Positions 48,066 to 57,200 of a DNA stretch of 64,000 nucleotides are shown piece after piece. Under the pieces are notes generated by a model, which saw only the letters and a program-made list of their open reading frames with translations, was not told where the DNA came from and did not search any database. The DNA comes from Candidatus Latescibacterota bacterium (GTDB lineage: Bacteria; Latescibacterota; UBA2968; UBA8231), in assembly GCA_965248265.1 (NCBI GenBank), contig CBDFJF010000002.1:3200001-3264000 (forward strand), read 5' to 3'. The translations under genes were made by a program, and so were the position numbers. Position 1 is the stretch's first letter. Each line of letters begins with the position of its first letter.

Positions 48066-49202
48066 TCAACCCGCGGCGATAAGCAGGTCGACTTCATGCC
48101 GGAGCCGAGTCAGGACTTCGTCATAGCCGAATTGACCGACCAACTCCGTCCCTTTCTTCAGGTTGACGAAGTTCGGGGCGCACCAGAGTCCGAGATCGGC
48201 ATCATCGGTTTCACCCGGTCCGTTCACCCTGCATCCCATGACCGCTATCGTGAGATTGTGCTTCTTGGCGTAGTCGGTCGTCTCGCGAACTTTGTGAGCC
48301 AGCTCGACGAAGGCGTCATTTTCAACGCGCGAGCAAGAAGGGCAGGATATGATGTTGAGTCCGTCGGCCTCGAACCTGGGCACCGAGCGGAAGCGGCCGG
48401 CGCTGATGTCATCGATGATCTGTCTGCCGACCGTGATTTCCTCTCCTTTGTCGTCGAAAGGCACGGTGAGCGATACCCGGATGGTGTCGCCGATTCCCTT
48501 GGACAACAGCTGTTCGAAGGCCACCCGCGTCTTGATGATGCCATCAGGCGGCATTCCCGCCTCCGTCACACCCAGATGCAGGGGCACGTCCGGCCGTTGC
48601 GCGGCGAAGCGCTGGTTGGCTTCCACCACCTTGTTGGGATCGGAGTCTTTGAGAGATACGCAGTAGCGGTGGAAGCCAAGGCGGTCGAGGATATCACAAT
48701 GCTCGAGTGCCGAGGCCAACATTGGCGAGATGGAATCATCAGGATCGAACTGACTGAGCTTCTCGGGGTCGACGGAACCGCAATTCACCCCGATGCGAAT
48801 GGCACAGTCGTGATCGACGGCCTGACTCGCGATGAAGGCGACCTTGTCTTCGGTCGGCCGCTCCTTCTCGTGATGATAGAGGTGACCGGGATTGTAGCGG
48901 ATCTTGTCGACGAACGGTGCCACGTGCTCGGCGAGGCGGTAGTTCTCCTGCAGGTCGACGGACAACGGTGCGGTCGCCTGCGCGCTCACCTGAGCCAGGC
49001 ATTCGACATCCTTGCGGCTGTCCACGGCAATGCGGATGACGTCGGCGCCGGCCTCTTCGAGAAGCTGCACTTGACGGGCTGTCGCCGCCACATCCTGTGT
49101 CCTCGTCGCCGCCATGCTCTGCACCGCGATCGGGTGTTGGGCCCCGATTTCCAGGTTGCCGATGCGGACGGCTCGGGTCGGATTTCGCTTAATCGAAGGC
49201 AT
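48066..49202 (-). CDS. ispG: (E)-4-hydroxy-3-methylbut-2-enyl-diphosphate synthase
   Basis: 'VQSM', 'IRYNPG', 'IRIGVNCGS', 'LHLGVTEAG', '[11 protein letters not shown]', 'SCPSCSR', '[11 protein letters not shown]'. Confidence 0.95.
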   Translation of the reverse strand: MPSIKRNPTRAVRIGNLEIGAQHPIAVQSMAATRTQDVAATARQVQLLEEAGADVIRIAVDSRKDVECLAQVSAQATAPLSVDLQENYRLAEHVAPFVDKIRYNPGHLYHHEKERPTEDKVAFIASQAVDHDCAIRIGVNCGSVDPEKLSQFDPDDSISPMLASALEHCDILDRLGFHRYCVSLKDSDPNKVVEANQRFAAQRPDVPLHLGVTEAGMPPDGIIKTRVAFEQLLSKGIGDTIRVSLTVPFDDKGEEITVGRQIIDDISAGRFRSVPRFEADGLNIISCPSCSRVENDAFVELAHKVRETTDYAKKHNLTIAVMGCRVNGPGETDDADLGLWCAPNFVNLKKGTELVGQFGYDEVLTRLRHEVDLLIAAG

Positions 49203-49265
49203 GTCAGTTTGAGCGCGTGGGTGGGTGGTCAGGGACGGAGCGCGGCGCCAGCGGGGGAAGGCAGT

Positions 49266-49556
49266 TTATTCCTCGTCAGGAAACCAGTCGCCAATCTGTT
49301 GCCGTACCGCTCGTGCCTGTGTGGGGCTGGAAATCTCAAACTTGCTGCGTTGCAGGTAGGTGCCTTCCCGCTTCTGGTAGCGGCGAATGGAGACCTTGTG
49401 CGGGCCATAGTCCCCGCTTTTGCGATTAAGATCCTGGTACAGGAACATGATCGTCGTCCACGAACCCTTGGTCAGGACCTCTTTGTCCAGCTGTTTGCGT
49501 AAGACCTGTCCGTCCTCTTCGTAGTGAATCGTCAGCTCATCGATCGTTTCGGCCAT
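49266..49556 (-). CDS. Small hypothetical protein (96 aa)
   Basis: ATG 49556; globular-looking sequence 'ETIDELTI.YEEDG...KEVLTKGSWTTIMFLYQ...IRRYQK...SKFEISS'; co-oriented with ispG. Confidence 0.75.
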   Translation of the reverse strand: MAETIDELTIHYEEDGQVLRKQLDKEVLTKGSWTTIMFLYQDLNRKSGDYGPHKVSIRRYQKREGTYLQRSKFEISSPTQARAVRQQIGDWFPDEE

Positions 49557-49716
49557 GACAAACCAGTTGGTATGGTCAAACGTAGGGCGCCACGTAACGG
49601 CGCAAGGCACTACATCACGATGGGTGGGACTGCCTCAGCTAATAAACGGCAACGTGGATGGTCTGGCAACCATCGTGATCGATCCAACAACCGCTCCAGC
49701 GACTGCTTCGACCCGG

Positions 49717-49746
49717 TTGACGGGCGTTCTGGCAGCTGAGTATACT
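49717..49746 (+). promoter_or_regulatory. Putative sigma70 promoter for the IOR gene
   Basis: TTGACG-N18-TATACT, 30 bp upstream of ATG 49776. Confidence 0.5.
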
Positions 49747-49775
49747 CATTACAACTGCATAAAAAACTGAGAGAT

Positions 49776-52700
49776 ATGACAGATACAGCGATGGCGGATC
49801 GGGGGTTGGACCAGTACGGAACCGATTCCAAGTACCTACAGCAGACTGGGGTGGTTTTTCTTACCGGAGTCGAGGCGATCATCCGGCTGTTGTTGGAGAA
49901 GCAGCTGCGCGACCAAAAAGCTGAAGGCGGTGAGATCAACCAGACCTTCATTTCCGGGTACGAAGGTTCGCCGCTGGGAGGGCTGGATCTCAAGGTTGTC
50001 GAGAATCTGGACCTGCTGAACCAGCACGGGAGGACGGTACATCAGTTCGGCGTCAATGAGAAGACGGCGGCGTCGGCAATGTTGGGGAGCCAGTACGCCC
50101 CGACGGGAGATGTCGACGCCTTCTGGTACGGGAAAGCACATGGGACCATGTGGATTCCCGACGAGGTCTGGCTGGCCAACCTGGCGGGCACCTCCAGCCG
50201 CGGCTCCATGGTGCTGCTGTGTGGCGAAGACCACCGTTCGAAGAGCTCGGTGTCTCCCGGTACCAGCGACTGGGTGCTTCGCAGCAGCATGGTCCCCGTG
50301 TTCTACCCGGCCAGCGTCAGCGAAATCCTGAAGCTGGGGATGCACGCCATCCAGTTGTCGCGTTATCTGGGTGTGGTGACCGCCTTGAAACTGGTGACTC
50401 CGTTGTGTGACGGCGCCTCTACCGTACGCCTGGAGACACCGGATTCACGGCCGCAGATCCTGCTGCCGGATCCCGACTTCCGCAAACAGTTCAATCGCAT
50501 CGTCATGGCGCTGGGGGCGCTGCCGATGCAGAAGGCGCTGGTCGAAGACAAGCTGCCGCTGGTGGAAGAGTACGTGCGCCTGAATCAGCTCAACACCATC
50601 CACGATGGTGACGCTGGCGGTGACGTCGCCATCATCGCCACGGGCAAGAGCTACACGGACGTGCGCGCGGCTCTGAGCGCACTCGATCAGCGGGTAGCGG
50701 TGCTGCAGTTGTCGGTTTCATACCCTCTGGATGGCCAGACGATTCGCTCATTTGCCAAAGGCAGACGCTGGATCTACGTGGTCGAGGAGCCTGGACCGTT
50801 CGTGGAGGAGGGGGTGAAGGCGGCTCTGTGGGGGAGCGATGTGGAGGGTGTTCACGGGCAATACGACGAAAACGGCCGGCCATTGATCCCATCCTACGGT
50901 GAGATCGATCCTGAGAACCTGGCCCGACTGCTGTGGCCGCGTCTGAACTCCGACCCTGAACAGGACAATCCTTTTCTGTCCGGATTGACCCGCATCATGT
51001 CGCGGGTTTATCCGCACATACCGGCTGTGTCACCGATGTCGTGCGGTGGCTGCCCGTACAACGTCTTCAAAGATCTCGACGAGAAACCGGGTGGAGCTAT
51101 CGGTTGCAGCTCCATTCGGGCCATGGACGCCTACGACAACCAGGTTCTCTACATCCCGACCATGGGAGCCGGCGGGTCTATGTACAGCGGCACGGCACCG
51201 TTCAATGGCAACCAGCACATCTTCCAGTACCTGGGAGATGGCAGCTACTTTCACAGCGGTCGGGGGGCCGTGCAGAGCTGCGTTCAAAGCGACGTCAACA
51301 TCACCTTTCTGTTGCTCTTCAACGGGGCTGTGGCGTTGACGGGTGGTCAAGAGCCCGGTGGCAAGAGGTCGATCCCAGACGTCGCCAGGGAATTGCGAGC
51401 GCTCGGCGTGCGATCGGTGGGTATCGTCTCCGAGGAGACGCAGCAGTACCGAGGTCTGGAGGCTGATGGGCTGCGTGTTTTTCCCCTTCAGCAGCATGCC
51501 GCGGCACTTGAACAATTTAGCAGAACAGCTGGTACGACCGCGTTGATCCTCGACAAGGAGTGCGCTACTGAGAAAGGCCGTCGCCGCCGTCGCGAGCGCG
51601 CGCAGCCTGAACGCTACGTCATGATCAACGAGGACATATGCGAGGGCTGCGGTGACTGCTACCGGCAATCTGAGGGCTGTGCGGCTCTCTACAAGGTATC
51701 GACAGAATTCGGTGAGAAGACGCAGATTCGGCAGTCAAACTGCGTCCAGGATGAACTCTGCGTGGACGGAGAATGCCCGTCGTTCGTCACGGTGCGCCCG
51801 GCCGCCGGGGTTGGGCTGCGACGCACGCGGCCCGACCCGGTGGAGGAGGCCTTGCCTGAGCCGAGGGCCAATCCGTCCGTCAATCCCTACATCATATACG
51901 CGGTCGGCCGCGGTGGCACCGGAGTGGTGACGATCTCTCATCTCATCGCCTACGCCGCCATGATGGATGGCAAGCAGGTCTATCTCTCGAACAACACCGG
52001 ACTGGCACAAAAGGGAGGACCGGTAGAGGCTCCAATCGTCATCGGCGACAGTGAGCCGCCCGTGTTCAACCGTCTGTTACCCGGAAGTGCCGATCTGCTG
52101 CTGGGATTCGATCTGCTGCGGGCGGCCGAGCCGGGGAATCTAAAGTACGCCTCGGCCGAAAAAACCACGGCGCTGGTGAGTACGACGCGTTTGCCTACAG
52201 CGGAGATGAACCGCAATCCAGACAGGGAATTTCCTGATCCGGACAAGCTGGCCGACCTCATAGAGCAGTTCACGATTCCGGCTGCCAACGTCTACGTGGA
52301 CACCTACTGGATGTCGGAACAGCTGTTCGGAGATGTCCTCTACGCCAACATCTTGCTGCTGGGAGCCGCATACCAGGCTGGACAGTTGCCGGTATCGGCG
52401 TCCTCCCTAGAGGCGGCGGTGCGGCTCAACGGCAAGCAGGTCGAGGAAAATCTCCGTGCTTTCCGCTGGGGACGTCTGGCCGTAGCCGATCCGAAGCGGG
52501 TGGAGTCCGTGACAGGTCGCAGTGGGGTAGAAGATGGAGACGATGTCATCGCCCGGAATCGCGGCGATCTCCTCCACCGTAACGGACGGTCAGGGTTGCG
52601 ACTGCATGATGAGGTCCTGGCCGAATTCTCCGGGTTGGAGACTGAGGCGCAGCAGCAGTTCAGTACCAGGATTGTGGAGCTGGCCGCGTATCAAAATGTG

Positions 52701-53282
52701 GCCTATGCCAAGCGCTACGTAGAAACAGTGCGGGCGGTTTGGCATGCTGACGGGCAGTCGCCGGACGAGTCGTCCGACGCTTCTCCTTCAAACGGATTGA
52801 CCCGCACGGTCATCCTGCAGCTCTTCCAGCTGATGGCGTACAAGGATGAGTACGAAGTCGCTCGGCTGGCCACGCGCGCGACGGGCTCCGACCAGAAACT
52901 CAGGGAGCGCTTTGACGGCCCGGTCCGCATTGCCTACAACCTGAATCCGCCGACCATACGCCGGCTCGGTCTGGGCAAGCTCCAGGTCGGACCCTGGCTG
53001 CGTCCCGCGCTGCGAATGCTGGCGAGGCTGAGGGTTCTGCGAGAAAGCACTCTGAATCCCTTCGGGTTCACCGCATGCCGCCGGCTCGAGCGGGAACTCA
53101 TCCCATGGTACGAGGGTTGCGTGAGGAGAGTGTTGAAGGTGCTGACGGCAGACAATCGTGCCGAAATTCATCAGTTGCTGCAGCCTGTGAATACGATCCG
53201 AGGCTACGAACACGTAAAGATCGATGCCGCTGAAAGAGCCGTCGCGCAAGTCGAAGAGGGTCTGCGCAAGCTGGAGGGTTGA
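49776..53282 (+). CDS. Indolepyruvate:ferredoxin oxidoreductase family protein, fused single chain
   Basis: 'FISGYEGSPLGGLD', 'FWYGKA', 'CGGCP', TPP motif 'GDGSYFHSG...NGAVALTGGQ', ferredoxin 'CEGCGDC', 'GGTGVVT', 'TGLAQKGG', 'MAYKDEYEVARL', 'IRGYEHVK'. Confidence 0.93.
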   Translation: MTDTAMADRGLDQYGTDSKYLQQTGVVFLTGVEAIIRLLLEKQLRDQKAEGGEINQTFISGYEGSPLGGLDLKVVENLDLLNQHGRTVHQFGVNEKTAASAMLGSQYAPTGDVDAFWYGKAHGTMWIPDEVWLANLAGTSSRGSMVLLCGEDHRSKSSVSPGTSDWVLRSSMVPVFYPASVSEILKLGMHAIQLSRYLGVVTALKLVTPLCDGASTVRLETPDSRPQILLPDPDFRKQFNRIVMALGALPMQKALVEDKLPLVEEYVRLNQLNTIHDGDAGGDVAIIATGKSYTDVRAALSALDQRVAVLQLSVSYPLDGQTIRSFAKGRRWIYVVEEPGPFVEEGVKAALWGSDVEGVHGQYDENGRPLIPSYGEIDPENLARLLWPRLNSDPEQDNPFLSGLTRIMSRVYPHIPAVSPMSCGGCPYNVFKDLDEKPGGAIGCSSIRAMDAYDNQVLYIPTMGAGGSMYSGTAPFNGNQHIFQYLGDGSYFHSGRGAVQSCVQSDVNITFLLLFNGAVALTGGQEPGGKRSIPDVARELRALGVRSVGIVSEETQQYRGLEADGLRVFPLQQHAAALEQFSRTAGTTALILDKECATEKGRRRRRERAQPERYVMINEDICEGCGDCYRQSEGCAALYKVSTEFGEKTQIRQSNCVQDELCVDGECPSFVTVRPAAGVGLRRTRPDPVEEALPEPRANPSVNPYIIYAVGRGGTGVVTISHLIAYAAMMDGKQVYLSNNTGLAQKGGPVEAPIVIGDSEPPVFNRLLPGSADLLLGFDLLRAAEPGNLKYASAEKTTALVSTTRLPTAEMNRNPDREFPDPDKLADLIEQFTIPAANVYVDTYWMSEQLFGDVLYANILLLGAAYQAGQLPVSASSLEAAVRLNGKQVEENLRAFRWGRLAVADPKRVESVTGRSGVEDGDDVIARNRGDLLHRNGRSGLRLHDEVLAEFSGLETEAQQQFSTRIVELAAYQNVAYAKRYVETVRAVWHADGQSPDESSDASPSNGLTRTVILQLFQLMAYKDEYEVARLATRATGSDQKLRERFDGPVRIAYNLNPPTIRRLGLGKLQVGPWLRPALRMLARLRVLRESTLNPFGFTACRRLERELIPWYEGCVRRVLKVLTADNRAEIHQLLQPVNTIRGYEHVKIDAAERAVAQVEEGLRKLEG

Positions 53283-53298
53283 AGACTACAATTGAAGA

Positions 53299-54195
53299 CT
53301 ATAATGCACAGAGCCGGCCTTCCTTCAGGGCGCGGCGCATTGCCTGCAACAGTCGACGGCTGTCCTTCATTTCCGAGGCATCCGTCTGCAGCCCTACTCG
53401 CTTGTCTGCGATGAAGTCGGTGATCCATTCCACCTCTGACCCGGTCGGGTTGGTGTCAATGACATGACGCTGGTCGCCACGGGCGACGACGATGTCGCCA
53501 TCCTCGCACCGGCTCGAAATCGTCCCTCCAGATCCCAGCAACCAGGTGTCAGCAAGCGTGCCACCCCGGCCAGGCGCCACGCACAATTGCGCGTTGGCGC
53601 GGTTGTGCATCGCCACCGTCACGGTTACGTGCAAGTGTGCTCGCCCACTTCTGGTGGCGCCGACGACCGTCCTCACGGCGGTTGATTGCAGCAACCAGGT
53701 GGCGCTGGCGAGCAGTTCCCACATCGACCACCAGGCGGCGTCCATGGAAGTTCCGCCACCGGCGACGCAGCGTGCATAGACGGGTTCACCAAAGGCATCA
53801 GAAGCCCTTAGTTGATTCATTCTCTTCAGTCTCGGCTCATGGCGTTCGCGCCCACCCCAACGAATGCGAGCGCCATGTTGTTCCGCCAGTTGCTGGAGTT
53901 GCGCGTTTTGCGTCGCAGTGGCTGAGAGCGGACCGGCGCACAGAACGTGGACGCCGGCACTGACGATGCGGCGGATGGACTCGAAAGCTGCCTGCTTCGG
54001 GCTCAGCAAGCATACCGTACCCGCGTCCGTCGATTGCAGGGCATGTTCAAGGTCAGGGAAGTGCTCGGCCAGGCTCGAGTCGATGCCGACGACACCGACT
54101 ACCGGCATTGCCCCACAAACAGCGTCAATGGCCGGCTTGTCGTTGCGGTCGCCGGCGAGGATGAGACGGCTGACCTTGGCCTTCCGTTCACTCAT
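53299..54195 (-). CDS. Divergent Gfo/Idh/MocA-like protein
   Basis: Weak family pattern ('AGVHVLCAGPL' in place of GKHVLCEKP; 'FGEP'; 'WLLGSGG'); overlaps the upstream Gfo gene by 4 bp. Confidence 0.6.
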   Translation of the reverse strand: MSERKAKVSRLILAGDRNDKPAIDAVCGAMPVVGVVGIDSSLAEHFPDLEHALQSTDAGTVCLLSPKQAAFESIRRIVSAGVHVLCAGPLSATATQNAQLQQLAEQHGARIRWGGRERHEPRLKRMNQLRASDAFGEPVYARCVAGGGTSMDAAWWSMWELLASATWLLQSTAVRTVVGATRSGRAHLHVTVTVAMHNRANAQLCVAPGRGGTLADTWLLGSGGTISSRCEDGDIVVARGDQRHVIDTNPTGSEVEWITDFIADKRVGLQTDASEMKDSRRLLQAMRRALKEGRLCAL

Positions 54196-55328
54196 GACTC
54201 TATCAAATCGACGGGCGCCTGCTCCACGATCGAACGATAGCCGGCGAGGAGGGTTTGCATGTTGTCGCGAGCCAGTTGAACGGTGTAAGCGGGCTCAACG
54301 TCTTCGTCCAGCGCTCGCACGAAGTCATCCAGACCACGGGAGAGCCCGGCGGTATCGCCGGAGACAGGGACGGAAACGGATGGCGGGCCGCTGTGCCATT
54401 GCATCGGGTCGTCGGTTGCGGGATGATAGTCCGACTCGACGATTTCAGCGCGCAGGAAGGTGTCGACTCCAGGACGCTTGGCCTCCACGGCTGCAGTGGC
54501 TTGCGTGCCCATCAACCAGGCCCTGGCTACTCCGCCTGAGGGATGAGTAGCGACTCCATTGCGACCAGCACACAGGGTGCAGACCCGGCCGGCGTCATCG
54601 ACGAGCGTCAGGGTCGCGAAGTCCTCGGCGCCATGGTTGGCATGTTCTGGGAAGAAATAAGCGTCGGCCTGGGCGTACACCTGCACGGTCGCCCCGCACA
54701 AGCGCTGAATCAAGCCCACACCGTAGGCTCCTACGGTGAGCAACTCGCGTTTGATGTCGTCGAACTTCCAGCGGCCTGCCGGCAGGAAGGGGGTGGCGCG
54801 CTGATCCTCCGAAATCGGCCGCGGCCAACCCTTGGCGAAGAGCAGGTCCACGTGTACACCAAGCAGATCGTCTCCAAGCTGGCCGCTGCGCAGGGCGAAT
54901 TCAGCTCGGTTGACGAGTTCGCCGTAGGCATAGCTGGGCACAATCGCCCTGACGCCAGCACGCTCAACAGCCTTAACGGCAGTGTCGCACTCATCGATTG
55001 AGGCGCCCAGGAACTTGTCGATCCACAGATGCTTTCCCGCTGCGGCGGCGCGACAGATCAGGTCAGTTCGGCGCTCGATCTCATGGCCGATACTGACGGC
55101 ATCGACGCCATCCAGTTCGAGTGCGCGATCGATTCCGGTGACATAGGGGACGCCCAATTGTTCGGCCCATCGTCGGTTGGTCTGGTCAAGGTGGCCATCG
55201 ATATCCGCTTCGTCGGCAACGGCGACGATACGAATTTGCGGGTGATCCTGGAAAAGGGGGACAAAACTGCTCTGATGACTGTGACGACTGAAACTCGCCA
55301 GCAGTACACCGTAGGTCCGAGTGCTCAT
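54192..55328 (-). CDS. Gfo/Idh/MocA family oxidoreductase
   Basis: 'IRIVAVAD', 'VDAVSI', 'AAAGKHLWIDKF', 'AEDFATLTL'. Confidence 0.85.
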   Translation of the reverse strand: MSTRTYGVLLASFSRHSHQSSFVPLFQDHPQIRIVAVADEADIDGHLDQTNRRWAEQLGVPYVTGIDRALELDGVDAVSIGHEIERRTDLICRAAAAGKHLWIDKFLGASIDECDTAVKAVERAGVRAIVPSYAYGELVNRAEFALRSGQLGDDLLGVHVDLLFAKGWPRPISEDQRATPFLPAGRWKFDDIKRELLTVGAYGVGLIQRLCGATVQVYAQADAYFFPEHANHGAEDFATLTLVDDAGRVCTLCAGRNGVATHPSGGVARAWLMGTQATAAVEAKRPGVDTFLRAEIVESDYHPATDDPMQWHSGPPSVSVPVSGDTAGLSRGLDDFVRALDEDVEPAYTVQLARDNMQTLLAGYRSIVEQAPVDLIES

Positions 55329-55373
55329 GTAGGGAGGTAGATGGGAAAGGGTACTATCAGATGGTTACTCGTC

Positions 55374-55910
55374 TTACCACCTGGTGAGGTTGCCCATGAT
55401 CTTGTTCAGGTCTTTCTGCAGCTCGCTTTTTTCATCCTGCAGATCGCGGATGCGATCTTCGCAGTGTTGCACCGACTGCGCCATTTCTCCCAGCCGTTTC
55501 TCTAGCTCCGACGAGCGTTCCGACAGGGTCGCGTTCTGTTCGGTCGTCTCTGCCCGCTGGCGCTGCTTTTCGTCTAACTCCTGGCGCAGCGTGTCGATGC
55601 GGATTTCCGTTTCCCGCACGCGCCGTTCGGTTTCTGACTTGAGCTCCTCGCGTTCGCGTACCAGTTGCTCTTGCAGCTGCTTCTGCCGCTCCTGGAGCGC
55701 CTTCTCTTTGGCAGCGAGCTCATCCCGCAACTTCTGCGACTGCGCTTCAAGTTGTTGCGATTGACTGGTTTGCGTTTCAGCCCGCTTTTCCGCTTCCTGC
55801 CTTTGCGAAACCTCCATGTCGAGCATCTGGTGCATGCGCGCGATTTCATCACGCTGGCGAGTCAGCTCAGCCTTGAGTCTGGAGGCCGTCAAAAACGAGA
55901 GAATTCCCAT
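55374..55910 (-). CDS. Coiled-coil protein with amphipathic termini, downstream partner of the MamK-like actin
   Basis: 178 aa, almost entirely E/Q/R/K/L heptads with no Pro; N-terminus MGILSFL, C-terminus LNKIMGNLTRW. Confidence 0.8.
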   Translation of the reverse strand: MGILSFLTASRLKAELTRQRDEIARMHQMLDMEVSQRQEAEKRAETQTSQSQQLEAQSQKLRDELAAKEKALQERQKQLQEQLVREREELKSETERRVRETEIRIDTLRQELDEKQRQRAETTEQNATLSERSSELEKRLGEMAQSVQHCEDRIRDLQDEKSELQKDLNKIMGNLTRW

Positions 55911-55963
55911 CTTATCTACTCACGCAATCCTTGAAGTGTTGTCCGCTCAAACCCGAAACCAAC

Positions 55964-57046
55964 CTACTCGTCGGCGTATCGACGCCACTCAGATTCCGGC
56001 ATGTCCTGCGCAAGCTTCAGTGCCCCGAGGGCTCCGGCGTAAATGGGATCATCAACGATGGTGACCCTGCAAGGCCCGAATTCGGACAGATTGGAGCGAA
56101 CTTCTTCACCCAGGCCTCGGATCTGGCTTCCACCCCCGGCAAGCAGGATGTTCTGTCTCAACTCGTTCTGGAATTCCGGGTCGAAGCCGACGATCAGTTC
56201 CTTGGCACTCTCTATGAGATCGGGTAGCACACTCTCGCAGGCTTCCCGCAACTCGTTCGTCAGGTCATAGGTGCTGGGCTTTCCGTCCACCTGGAAATCC
56301 ACCGCAATGACTTCCTTGTTCGACGAGACGAAGGCGTACTGTTCCTTGATTCGGCGGGCCATCTCCAGCGTGACCGGTGAATCGTTGACCTTTTCCTGCA
56401 GAAGCATATGGAACCGTGCATCTACGTAGTTGCCTGCCTTCAACAGCGTTCGCTGGTCGTCCTCGCCGGGTATGGTACCGTGCATGCAGCACAGGTCCAG
56501 GGTCCCGGCACCTATGTCGATGATGAGGGCGTTGTTGAATAGCTCGAGACCATACGCCACCAGAAAGGGCTCCGAGGCTACCATGGACACCTCTACCATG
56601 CTCCTGACCGCTTCCGTCAACGCCGCGCGGTCTTCCGCCGTGGCGCGTGCCGGCGATCCAATGACGGCACGGATTTCCTGACCCGGATTGGCTTCGGCCA
56701 TATCAACTATGTATGAGACCAGGTGCTGGATCGCCTCTGCCTCGCGATCAGACTCCGGCGCAGCTGCCTCCTCATCCTCGCTCGGCCGGTGTCTGAAGAC
56801 ACCGTGCTCAAGAGGCCAGATCATATCGACGGCCATCCTGTTCTCCAGACACTCGTCGCCAATGACGACCTGTTTTTGGAGAAACTTGTAGGAGATAAGG
56901 TCCTTCGGCCAACCCACTACGCTGGTAACCGTGCGACGAACACCAGTGCTCGTCACTATAAAACTCTGCGACGTCCCCAAATCGAGACCGATGTACAGGA
57001 TGCCATCATCCTGCGGCGTGGTCGCAGTCCGACCTTCTACGCCCAT
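55964..57046 (-). CDS. MamK-like bacterial actin (MreB/MamK superfamily ATPase)
   Basis: Phosphate-1 'IGLDLGTSQS'; 'SVVGWPKD'; 'SEPFLVAYG'; phosphate-2 'IDIGAGTLDLC'; 'GTIPGEDDQRTLLKAGNYVD'; 'IKEQYAFV'; adenosine 'LAGGGSQIRGL'. RBS AGGAG upstream. Confidence 0.88.
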   Translation of the reverse strand: MGVEGRTATTPQDDGILYIGLDLGTSQSFIVTSTGVRRTVTSVVGWPKDLISYKFLQKQVVIGDECLENRMAVDMIWPLEHGVFRHRPSEDEEAAAPESDREAEAIQHLVSYIVDMAEANPGQEIRAVIGSPARATAEDRAALTEAVRSMVEVSMVASEPFLVAYGLELFNNALIIDIGAGTLDLCCMHGTIPGEDDQRTLLKAGNYVDARFHMLLQEKVNDSPVTLEMARRIKEQYAFVSSNKEVIAVDFQVDGKPSTYDLTNELREACESVLPDLIESAKELIVGFDPEFQNELRQNILLAGGGSQIRGLGEEVRSNLSEFGPCRVTIVDDPIYAGALGALKLAQDMPESEWRRYADE

Positions 57047-57120
57047 TTGGCTATTGCTCCTGGAAATTCGAAGGGAGGGATTGGATGGTGCTAAAATGAC
57101 CTAATTCACTATTTCACAAC

Positions 57121-57166
57121 CAAATAACGAGCAAATAACGGGACCTACCCGATAGTTCAAATAACG
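57121..57166. repeat. Three 9-bp direct repeats (CAAATAACG) upstream of the actin gene
   Basis: Exact copies at 57121-57129, 57132-57140 and 57158-57166 in an AT-rich gap; minus-strand TTGACA at 57184-57189. Confidence 0.85.
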
Positions 57167-57200
57167 GGGCGGACCCTGCGAATTGTCAAGCTCTTTTCAG

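Noticed and set aside
48018-49502. 494-aa plus-strand ORF
   Set aside because: Antisense shadow of ispG and its upstream gene, with no recognisable motifs. Long antisense ORFs are expected at this GC content.
55964-57046. Calling this gene mreB, or calling the region a magnetosome island
   Set aside because: There are no mreC/mreD/pbp2/rodA neighbours and the motifs fit MamK better, but no other mam/mad/feo genes are in the window. Magnetotaxis cannot be claimed and no gene symbol was assigned.
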